Origin: an uncultured Pseudohongiella sp.
Lineage (GTDB): Bacteria; Pseudomonadota; Gammaproteobacteria; Pseudomonadales; Pseudohongiellaceae
Reading direction: 5' to 3'
Length of the DNA stretch: 64,000 nucleotides
Assembly: GCA_964535565.1 (NCBI GenBank)
Contig: CAZHUJ010000002.1
Span: 99,493 to 163,492 of the forward strand
The position numbers and the translations under genes were made by a program. Shown here one piece after another: positions 48,198 to 56,612 of the stretch (within the stretch, counting starts at the first letter, position 1; every line of letters begins with the position of its first letter). Below the pieces are notes generated by a model. That model was not told where the DNA came from. It did no database searches and saw only the letters and a list, made by a program, of their open reading frames with translations.

Positions 48198-50072
48198 ATG
48201 CTTAACAGATTTCCCCTATGGAAAAACATCATGGTGGTGGGCATTGTGTTGCTCGCCTTCATTTATGCAGCACCCAACCTGTATCCAGACGATCCTGCGC
48301 TGCAGATTTCACACGAAAACGACCGTATTACTGAGACCGATATTGGTATGGTGACCGATGCTCTGCGTGCTGCGGGCATCAGCTATTTTGGTGATGAAGT
48401 CTCCAATGCCGGTGGCCTGGTGCGTTTTGAGAGTCTCGAAGAGCAGCTGCGCGCCAAAGCGCTGATCGAGCAGACGCTGGGCTCGGGTTACATTATCGCG
48501 TTAAACCTGGCACCAACAACGCCCGGCTGGATGCGAGCCATCGGCGCCAGCAAAATGAATCTGGGTCTGGACCTGCAGGGTGGTGTGCACTTCCTGATGG
48601 AAGTGGATATGGAAGCCGCATTACAACGCCGTATGGAAAATATCCTCAGCACCATTCGCCAGGAATTCCGCGCCGAGCGAATTCGTACACGGCAAATGAG
48701 CCTGGCGGGTGAGAGTGCTATCGAGCTGCGTTTTGAAGACGAAGAATCCCGCTCTCAAGCGCGTACCCTGCTGCGTACCGGTTATGCTGATATGCTGGTT
48801 CAAGCTCGTGAGCGTGATGGTCAGTTCATTCTGGACCTGAGCATGACTCCTGAGAGCATTCAGCAGATGCAGGAAGACACGCTGCGTGCCAACCAGACCA
48901 CTATTCTGAACCGTGTGGACTCTCTGGGTGTGTCTGAGCCAGTGGTTCAGCGTCAGGGCTCCAACCGCCTGGTTGTTCAATTGCCAGGTGTGCAGGACAC
49001 AGCCCAGGCCAAACGTATTCTGCAACGTATTGCGACATTGCAATTCCACCTGGAAGCTGACGCCAGTGCGCCGACCTCCAGTTACACGGTCTATGACTAT
49101 CAGGGACAGCCGATTCGCGTTGACAACACCATCATCCTGCAGGGCGATCGCATCAGTAATGTGCGCTCAGCACTGGACCAATATGGTCAACCTCAGGTTG
49201 TGATCAACCTGGACGCCCAGGGTGGTGAGCAGTTCAACCGTGTTACACGTGAAAACATCGGTCGTCCGATGGATATTCTGTTGAATGAAACCCGTACCCG
49301 TACCATTTTTGAAACGGATCCAGAGGGCAATCTGGTTGAAGTTCAGGAATCCTACGAAGAAAGCCGTCTGATCAGCCATGCGGTGATTCGTGCGGCGCTG
49401 GGGCGCGAGTTTGTGATCACCGGTTTGAGTCAGCGTGAGGCAAATGACTTGTCACTGCTGATCCGTTCCGGTGCACTGGCTGCCCCAATGTACTTTGTTG
49501 AAGAACGTACAGTGGGTCCAAGCCTGGGTGCGGAGAACATCGCTCAAGGTGCACGTGCAGTAGCGCTGGGTTATCTGCTGGTAACTGCGTTTATGCTCTA
49601 TTACTACCGTCTGTTTGGTCTGGCGGCAGTGACTGCATTGGCGATCAACGTGGTACTGCTGTCTTCGATTATGTCGATCATTTCAGCGACTCTGACCCTT
49701 CCAGGTATCTTTGGTATCGTTCTGACGATTGGTATGGCGGTTGACGCCAACGTACTGATCTTTAGCCGGATACGAGAGGAACTTGCGGCGGGGATGTCGC
49801 CACAAAATGCGATCGAGTCAGGGTTTTCGCGTGCCTTTTCGACCATTTTGGACGCCAATATCACCACCTTCCTGGTAGCGATGGTGCTGTTTGGAGTGGG
49901 TTCTGGCCCGGTCAAAGGCTTTGCGGTCACATTGATGGTCGGTATTATCACTTCGCAATTCTCCGCGATTATGGTGACCCGTTTCCTGGTCAATGCGTTC
50001 TGCGGTGGCCGTCAGCTCAAGAAGCTGTCCATCGGTCCTTCCATCAAGGAATTACCGTCCGGTTCCATTTAA
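48198..50072 (+). CDS. secD: Protein translocase subunit SecD
   Basis: N-terminus MLNRFPLWKN, LGLDLQGGVHF and a C-terminal six-TM domain; 624 aa. Confidence 0.95.
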   Translation: MLNRFPLWKNIMVVGIVLLAFIYAAPNLYPDDPALQISHENDRITETDIGMVTDALRAAGISYFGDEVSNAGGLVRFESLEEQLRAKALIEQTLGSGYIIALNLAPTTPGWMRAIGASKMNLGLDLQGGVHFLMEVDMEAALQRRMENILSTIRQEFRAERIRTRQMSLAGESAIELRFEDEESRSQARTLLRTGYADMLVQARERDGQFILDLSMTPESIQQMQEDTLRANQTTILNRVDSLGVSEPVVQRQGSNRLVVQLPGVQDTAQAKRILQRIATLQFHLEADASAPTSSYTVYDYQGQPIRVDNTIILQGDRISNVRSALDQYGQPQVVINLDAQGGEQFNRVTRENIGRPMDILLNETRTRTIFETDPEGNLVEVQESYEESRLISHAVIRAALGREFVITGLSQREANDLSLLIRSGALAAPMYFVEERTVGPSLGAENIAQGARAVALGYLLVTAFMLYYYRLFGLAAVTALAINVVLLSSIMSIISATLTLPGIFGIVLTIGMAVDANVLIFSRIREELAAGMSPQNAIESGFSRAFSTILDANITTFLVAMVLFGVGSGPVKGFAVTLMVGIITSQFSAIMVTRFLVNAFCGGRQLKKLSIGPSIKELPSGSI

Positions 50073-50105
50073 CCCTTATGCGGATTTGAGTTACAGGCTG
50101 CAACC

Positions 50106-51065
50106 ATGGCACTGATTAAAAACGATATTTACTTTATGAACCCGAAGGTGCGCCGCATTACGGGTTCTATCTCTGCAGTAGTGATTGTATTTTTCCTGAT
50201 CACCATAGCTGTGAAAGGTTTCCAGTTGGGGCTGGATTTCACAGCGGGTACTTTGATCGAGGTGGGGTACTCAGAGGCAGTCAACCCGGAAGATGTACGT
50301 ACACAGTTGGCAGATAGCGGCTTTGAAGACGCAACCGTGGTTGCGTTTGGCTCAGACCGCGATGTGCTGGTGCGTTTGCCGGTGGAGGATATGGAAGCAT
50401 CACAAATGTCCGATGCGGCCTCATCCCTGGGCGTGCAGGTTCTGGAGGTGCTGTCGGCCAACAGCGCAACGCCTGTAGAACTGCGTCGATCTGAATTTGT
50501 TGGCCCGCGTGTAGGTTCCGAGCTGACTGAGCAAGCAGCTCTGGCTGTACTGACCGCCATGTTGATCATCATGGTGTACGTAGCTGCACGCTTCCAATAC
50601 AAATTTGGTGTGTCAGCGGTGATTGCACAATTGCATGACGTGGTGGTCGTGCTGGGCGTGATCTCCTTGTTCGAGATCAGTTTTGACCTGACTACCCTGG
50701 CGGCTTTGCTGGCGGTGATCGGTTACTCGTTGAACGATACCATCGTAGTGTTTGACCGTGTGCGTGAGAATCTGCGTATTGCCCGTACCAACGACATCGA
50801 AAGGATCATTAACCACTCGCTGAACCAGGTATTGGCGCGTTCTTTTGTAACGTCCTTCACCACCCTGTTGGCGTTGTGGGCGATGTTTATTGTGGGTGGC
50901 GAGGCGATCTTCAGCTTCTCACTGTCATTGATCGTGGGTGTGAGTGTAGGTTTCTTCACGTCCCTGTTTATCGCGTGTAACTTCCTGATGTATCTGGGAG
51001 TGTCCAAGGAAGATGTGGCGGTAATGATTCGCGAACAGGGTGATGAGGTGGATTCTACGCCTTGA
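50106..51065 (+). CDS. secF: Protein translocase subunit SecF
   Basis: GLDFTAGT motif and a SecF TM domain with YSLNDTIVVFDRVREN. Confidence 0.95.
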   Translation: MALIKNDIYFMNPKVRRITGSISAVVIVFFLITIAVKGFQLGLDFTAGTLIEVGYSEAVNPEDVRTQLADSGFEDATVVAFGSDRDVLVRLPVEDMEASQMSDAASSLGVQVLEVLSANSATPVELRRSEFVGPRVGSELTEQAALAVLTAMLIIMVYVAARFQYKFGVSAVIAQLHDVVVVLGVISLFEISFDLTTLAALLAVIGYSLNDTIVVFDRVRENLRIARTNDIERIINHSLNQVLARSFVTSFTTLLALWAMFIVGGEAIFSFSLSLIVGVSVGFFTSLFIACNFLMYLGVSKEDVAVMIREQGDEVDSTP

Positions 51066-51124
51066 TGGTTGTGTAAGGGCGCTCAGGAGTTGGGTGCCCT
51101 TGTTTGTGGGGCGCAGCGGGCGGC

Positions 51125-51355
51125 GGGAAGTTCCTCACAACGGCGCTACGCGCCTGATTGTTGTTCGCTCACATCCCGCCACCCGCTGCACCTGTGCCAT
51201 CTAAAAGTGCAGCGGCTTCGATCTGCGTTGACAGCAGCGGTTCCCTTTAATCCTGCCAATAGCCACCATCCTCCCCGAATAGCACAAGGGGGTGGGAGTA
51301 CCGGGACATGAGCGAAGGACAATCAGACGCGCAGCGTCGTCCTGAGGAATGTCCC
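51125..51355. repeat. Inverted pair of a second ~60 bp repeat family downstream of secF
   Basis: Arm 1 is 51125-51184 and arm 2 is 51288-51355. The reverse complement of arm 1 aligns with arm 2 at roughly three quarters identity by eye (shared ...GAGCGAA..ACAATCAG.CGCG.AGCG.CGT..TGAGGAA..TCCC). Confidence 0.5.
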
Positions 51356-51427
51356 GGTGCTCACGCCGCCGTAGCCTGTCGGAGTGGCAGCGTTCGGATA
51401 TTCAGAACTAATGAAAACCGTTGATGC

Positions 51428-53071
51428 TCAGCAGCCGCAAAACATCGCGCGGATCTGCTTCAGTAACTGCTGAATCTGCGGCTGCTTTGCAATTTCTTCC
51501 TGCTCATCCAGCATGTCGCGCAGGATTTCTGTTGTAGTCAGCGGATTGGCCAGCACCGCCCGGAACACAACAACCGGATCGCGTCCGTGTTTATGTGGAT
51601 TCAGTTTGGTGCGTGATACAAACGAGCGGCCCAGACCACGTTGGGTTTTCTGCAAACGTTTGGTGAGCACATTGAGCTGGTCGTTGACTTCGCTGCGCAG
51701 ACTTGGCGGCGCGTCCTGCAACGCTGTCTGGATATCAGCAGGCACATAACGGTAGGTCAGAATATTGAGTTCGGGTTCGCTGATCAGCTCAAAATCCGCA
51801 CGTGCCTTGATCATCTCCGCAAATGCCCTGGCTTTTTCTATGCCCTGGTCAATAAGCAGCTCGTAGCCTTGACGGCCGATGATATGCAGGCCGGAGTGAA
51901 CCAGAATTGCCATGCCTGGCCGTGAACCTTCCACGGTATGGCTGCCAAGGTCTTTTGAACCTTTGCGGATAATATATTCGGCGTGATGCTCAACACTGGA
52001 CAGTGTGTTGGGGTTTTTGAATACACAAATACCTGCACCCATGGGCACATACAGCTGTTTGTGGGCATCAAACGTGACTGAATCAGCGCGTTCTATGCCT
52101 TTGAGCAGTTTGCGATAGGTGTTGGAGAACAGCGTGGGTCCACCCCAGGCTGAATCCACATGCAGATGCACATCAAATTCTTCAGCAATATTTGCCATTT
52201 CATCCAGAGGGTCGACCGTGCCGGTTTCGGAGGCACCTACAATCCCGATCATTGCCATCACCTTGATGTTCTGAGCCTGCAGCTCCCGGCATTTTTGGGC
52301 CAGCAGATCAGTACGTACCTTGTTGCGTGCATCGGTTTCAATCGGGATTAACGAGCGGCGGCCAATGCCCAGAATATCTGCCGCCTTGCCCAGAGAATAA
52401 TGACCGCGTTCCGATACCAATACCGCCAGGCCTTGATAACCATAATGTTGCATGCCCGCCAGCAGACCTTCCTGGGCTATGCCGGCAAAACCTTCGCGTG
52501 GCGCCAGCACGTTGTTACGCGCGGCCCACAGCGCCGTCAGATTGGCAATGGTGCCGCCGGAGCAGAAGCTGCCCAGAGCATGGGAGCGGTCGTGCATCCA
52601 TTGTTGGTAGAAGTTGTCATCGTTCTGATAGATCAGGTGGTGGATCATGCCTATCACCTGGCGCTCCATCGGCGTGAAGGCCTTGGAGGTTTCCACTTTC
52701 ACCAGATTCTGGTTCAAAGCCATCATGATGCGTGACAGCGGCAGCATAAAATACGGCAGCGCCGAGGTCATGTGACCCACAAAACGCGGAGAGGAAATAT
52801 GTACGGACTGGGCAACCAGCTTGTCCATGACAAACTGGATCTGATCGGAAACAAAGGTTGGTTGTTCCGGAATATGAGGGTCTGAAAAATCCTTTTCGAT
52901 ATCCGCCAGATCACGTTCTGCGGCCACAATATGCTGCTGCAGAAACCCGGTCAGGTTCTGGGATATGGACTGGTCTATTTTGCCGAGAGTGGAATCCGGT
53001 GCTTCCGGTACCGTAAAAATCCGGTATAAGGACTCCATGCTGGCACTGGCCAGTTTTCTGCTTTCGCTCAT
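51428..53071 (-). CDS. Group II PLP-dependent amino acid decarboxylase (PanP-like putative aspartate 1-decarboxylase, 547 aa)
   Basis: PLP-lysine context DSVTFDAHKQLYVPMG and HVDSAWGGP. The size matches the ~547 aa PanP proteins of Vibrio-type gammaproteobacteria. Confidence 0.8.
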   Translation of the reverse strand: MSESRKLASASMESLYRIFTVPEAPDSTLGKIDQSISQNLTGFLQQHIVAAERDLADIEKDFSDPHIPEQPTFVSDQIQFVMDKLVAQSVHISSPRFVGHMTSALPYFMLPLSRIMMALNQNLVKVETSKAFTPMERQVIGMIHHLIYQNDDNFYQQWMHDRSHALGSFCSGGTIANLTALWAARNNVLAPREGFAGIAQEGLLAGMQHYGYQGLAVLVSERGHYSLGKAADILGIGRRSLIPIETDARNKVRTDLLAQKCRELQAQNIKVMAMIGIVGASETGTVDPLDEMANIAEEFDVHLHVDSAWGGPTLFSNTYRKLLKGIERADSVTFDAHKQLYVPMGAGICVFKNPNTLSSVEHHAEYIIRKGSKDLGSHTVEGSRPGMAILVHSGLHIIGRQGYELLIDQGIEKARAFAEMIKARADFELISEPELNILTYRYVPADIQTALQDAPPSLRSEVNDQLNVLTKRLQKTQRGLGRSFVSRTKLNPHKHGRDPVVVFRAVLANPLTTTEILRDMLDEQEEIAKQPQIQQLLKQIRAMFCGC

Positions 53072-53220
53072 CTGACATGCTCATCCGCAAACGGGGAGCG
53101 CAGTATAGAGTAATTGCTCTGTTGATGTGAAAGGGAAATCTTGTGCTGTTGACAGTGCTGGCCTGCAGAGGCAAGATCGTCGCACCGGGCCAGCAGAGTA
53201 TTCCACGAGTTACATTAACT

Positions 53221-55353
53221 ATGACAAAAAGAATTAGCCGCCTGCGTTTTATTGCGCTTTTCCTGCTCGTTTCCACGCCATTGTTCACAGTCTTCACGTC
53301 CGCCTCACATGCCCAAAGTGGTTCAACAGCGTTTCCGCGACCACCAGAACTGGAACCGGCGATCCGTTTCTGGACACGGGTTTATACCGAAATTGATACC
53401 AGCAGCGGCTTTTTGCACGATGCTGAAGACTTGTCCGTGATCTACCGTCGTGTCGACTACAAACGTGATGAGGTGGAAAATTTCCGGCGCCGTATCCAGG
53501 AGGATCTCAAGGTGCTGGCTGCAGGCAAACGCAACAACCTGACGCTGAACCAGCAGGAAGTTCTGGATGCCTGGGGTCCCAATGTCAGCAACGCCCGCCT
53601 TGCCCAGGCTGCCAACAACGTACGTTTCCAGCTGGGTCAGTCCAACCGTTTTGTGGAAGGTCTGATTCGCTCAGGCGCCTATCGTGAACATATTGAAAAA
53701 GTGGCACGCGAGCGAGGACTGCCGGTTGAGCTGGCTGCACTGCCGCATGTGGAATCTTCTTTCCACCCGGGCGCATTTTCCCATGTAGCCGCAGCCGGTA
53801 TGTGGCAGTTCATGCGCACCACCGGCCAGCGTTTTATGCGCATCGACAATATTGTTGATGAGCGCATGGATCCTTACGCAGCCACCTATGCGGCCATGAG
53901 TCTGCTCGAATACAACTATAACCTGCTCGGTAACTGGCCATTGGCTGTGACCGCCTATAACCAGGGCGCGGGTGGTATAGCGCGTGCCGTACAAGCAGTT
54001 GGCTCCGACAATATTGCGGACATCATCACCCAGTACCGCGGGGGACAGTTTGGTTTTGCAGGTCGCAACTTCTATCCGCAGCTGCTGGCCGTGCTTGATG
54101 TTGAGCGACAGGCACAGGCGCTGTTTGGTGTATTGCACCTGGACCCTGCTCCTCAGTATGAAGAGTTCGAGCTGGATGCCTATATAGAAGCAGACGTTCT
54201 AGCCTCCGCTTTGGGGGTCACCCTTGAACAGTTGAAGTTTGATAACCCGGCGCTGCGACCCGTGGTGTGGGAAGGTGGTAAACGCATCCCGCGTGGTTAT
54301 ACCGTCAAAATCCAGAAACACTCGATAAATGGCAGTCTGGCCTCGCTGGTCAGTCGTATTCCCGGTGGCCAGCTTTACGCCTACCAGACACCGGATGTGA
54401 ACTACACAATTCAGCGCGGTGATAGTCTGTCTGCAATCGCCACCCGCTTTAATACCTCGGTCTCCCAGTTGATGCAGCTTAACCAGCTCGGTGATGCGCA
54501 CCGTATCCGCGCAGGCCAGGTGCTGCTGCTGCCACACGACACCAATATGATTACCCAGACGCTGGCTGCCGCAACCGAACCTGCTCCGGTTCAAGCCGGT
54601 GGTGCCTATACGGTACGTTCTGGTGATACCTTGTCAGCGATTGCCCGGCGTTATCGTGTTGCTGAATCTGACATCAGCCGTCTGAACGGAATTACTGATC
54701 CACGCCGTCTGCGCGTCGGACAGCAGCTGCGATTGCCCGCCGATGGTGATGCACGTTTGATTGCTGCCGCTTTTACCGACGCGGTTGAGGTTCCCGATGC
54801 TGCGGAGATTGAAATCGCCCCCGCTGACAGCAATCTGGCCACAGCGCCGGCACTGGCTGCTGATGAGGTAGAAGATGTTAACGCCAGTAACTTGCTGGCC
54901 TCTCAGAATCTGTCAGCCGATCCATCAGATTATTCAATGGCGGCGGACAGCAGTGTAGAAATCCAGGTTACCGAGACACTGGGGCATTTTGCCGAGTGGG
55001 CGGGTGTGCCTGTGCAGAATATCCGCAGCGCCAACAGCATGCGTGCAAATCAGTCCTTGATTGTGGGGCAACGTATCAAAGTGCCTTTGGCGAATGTGTC
55101 CAGGGATGAATTTGAGCTGCGTCGTCGTCAGTTCCATCTGGCGCAACAGGAACGTTTTTTCCGCCAGTATCGAATCGAGAACGTAAACCGTCACCAGCTG
55201 GCAGCCAACGAGACCATCGATGCACTGGCGCGTCAGCGTTATTCAGTACCTTTGTGGCTGCTGCGTCAGTACAACCCGGAACTGGATCTGGCTCGCGTAA
55301 GAGTTGGTCAGACTATTGTGGTGCCGGTGATTGCACGCGCTGACGGGGCATAA
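53221..55353 (+). CDS. mltD: Membrane-bound lytic murein transglycosylase D-like protein with multiple LysM domains
   Basis: The start MTKRISRLRFIALFLLVSTPLFTVFTSASHA gives a signal peptide. SLT catalytic region HVESSFHPGAFSHVAAAGMWQFM. At least three LysM repeats (YTIQRGDSLSAIATRF, YTVRSGDTLSAIARRY and a C-terminal one). Confidence 0.85.
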   Translation: MTKRISRLRFIALFLLVSTPLFTVFTSASHAQSGSTAFPRPPELEPAIRFWTRVYTEIDTSSGFLHDAEDLSVIYRRVDYKRDEVENFRRRIQEDLKVLAAGKRNNLTLNQQEVLDAWGPNVSNARLAQAANNVRFQLGQSNRFVEGLIRSGAYREHIEKVARERGLPVELAALPHVESSFHPGAFSHVAAAGMWQFMRTTGQRFMRIDNIVDERMDPYAATYAAMSLLEYNYNLLGNWPLAVTAYNQGAGGIARAVQAVGSDNIADIITQYRGGQFGFAGRNFYPQLLAVLDVERQAQALFGVLHLDPAPQYEEFELDAYIEADVLASALGVTLEQLKFDNPALRPVVWEGGKRIPRGYTVKIQKHSINGSLASLVSRIPGGQLYAYQTPDVNYTIQRGDSLSAIATRFNTSVSQLMQLNQLGDAHRIRAGQVLLLPHDTNMITQTLAAATEPAPVQAGGAYTVRSGDTLSAIARRYRVAESDISRLNGITDPRRLRVGQQLRLPADGDARLIAAAFTDAVEVPDAAEIEIAPADSNLATAPALAADEVEDVNASNLLASQNLSADPSDYSMAADSSVEIQVTETLGHFAEWAGVPVQNIRSANSMRANQSLIVGQRIKVPLANVSRDEFELRRRQFHLAQQERFFRQYRIENVNRHQLAANETIDALARQRYSVPLWLLRQYNPELDLARVRVGQTIVVPVIARADGA

Positions 55354-55378
55354 ATCCCCGTCAGCACAGCGTGTTGCA

Positions 55379-56524
55379 TCAGTCGCGGATATCGTCGATG
55401 GCGTCGGCCAACAGACTCACCGACAAGGCATAACGGAATGCCGGGTTGTAACGCATGATTGAACAGAAGTTGCGATACACCAGATAACCTTTGTTATCCC
55501 CTTCATCACCAATCAACAGTGCCGCGGGCAGGTCGCGTGATGGCAGGCTGCTGCCGTTTTCACGTCTGACACCCAATGCCTGCCAGTCCGGCAGAGAGCG
55601 CCACGCGCCCGTGGTAGTAAATGAACGGCAGCTAGCATCCGGGGTCAGGCCTGCCTCCTGCGGCGCCACCAGCGACTTCTCCCCACCTGGCGGCAGACTG
55701 ACCACTCGGCCCCAGGTCTGGTCGTCTCGCCAGCCGTGAGATTTCAGGTAATTGGCAACGGAAGCGATAACATCCGGCCCCATACTCCACAGGTCGATGC
55801 GACCGTCGCCGTCGTGGTCAACCGCCAGATTCAGATAACTGCTGGGTGTGAACTGGGCAATACCCAGTGCGCCGGCCCAGGAGCTTTTCATCATGTCAGC
55901 ACTGGCGTAACCCTTGTCGACAATTTCCAGTGCTGCGTACAGTTCATTGCGGAAAAACTCCGCGCGGCGGCCATCAAATGCCAGGGTTGCAATCACACTG
56001 AACAGCGGTTGGGTAATAGGAAAGGCACCGTAGTTGCTTTCCAGACCCAGGATGGCAACCACAAAACGGGGCTGTACACCATAATGTGCGGATACTTCCC
56101 GAATCATGTCGCCATGTTCACGCATAAGGCGTTTGCCGGCATCAATACGCGCCGTATTTACGCGCTGCAGATAGTTGGCATAGGTGTTCACAAATTCAGC
56201 CTGGGCGCGGTCAGCCTGCACCACCTGGCGCTCCTGGCGAATCGTTGGAAGCACAGCGTCCAGCGTACTGGCGCTGATACCACGGGCCAGGGCATCACGA
56301 CGGAAATCTTGCAGCCAGGCAGCAAAGGCAGCATCACTGTCAGCGCTGGCCGCGCTCTCCGGGCTTTCCTGGGCGTTGACCATCGGCGTGCAGCCAATGC
56401 CTTGAATGGAAAGTAGCAGCAAGGCGCTGAATGCTGCCTTGCGTAATGGGGAGAATTTTGACGCGGTTGCAGCCGTGCCTGATGTTGTCCCTGGTAAAGT
56501 GGTAGCAGGTAATACGTTGATCAT
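55379..56524 (-). CDS. mltB: Lytic murein transglycosylase (MltB family)
   Basis: Motifs SWAGALGIAQFTPSSY, ESNYG and the C-terminal YNPAFRYALSV. Confidence 0.85.
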   Translation of the reverse strand: MINVLPATTLPGTTSGTAATASKFSPLRKAAFSALLLLSIQGIGCTPMVNAQESPESAASADSDAAFAAWLQDFRRDALARGISASTLDAVLPTIRQERQVVQADRAQAEFVNTYANYLQRVNTARIDAGKRLMREHGDMIREVSAHYGVQPRFVVAILGLESNYGAFPITQPLFSVIATLAFDGRRAEFFRNELYAALEIVDKGYASADMMKSSWAGALGIAQFTPSSYLNLAVDHDGDGRIDLWSMGPDVIASVANYLKSHGWRDDQTWGRVVSLPPGGEKSLVAPQEAGLTPDASCRSFTTTGAWRSLPDWQALGVRRENGSSLPSRDLPAALLIGDEGDNKGYLVYRNFCSIMRYNPAFRYALSVSLLADAIDDIRD

Positions 56525-56612
56525 GCTTACTCCATCAGCTGTAGTTTTCAGGGCCGACTTTAGCTGTTACAGCGCAGCTGCAACAAGCTTTTTCCGGTAC
56601 GGGTGCACCGTG

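Noticed and set aside
51069-51311. 80 aa plus-strand ORF after secF
   Set aside because: It lies within the inverted repeat pair at 51125-51355 and has no RBS or protein-like features. It is better explained as repeat DNA.
55736-56416. 226 aa plus-strand ORF
   Set aside because: Antisense to mltB, which has the lytic transglycosylase motifs and a signal peptide.
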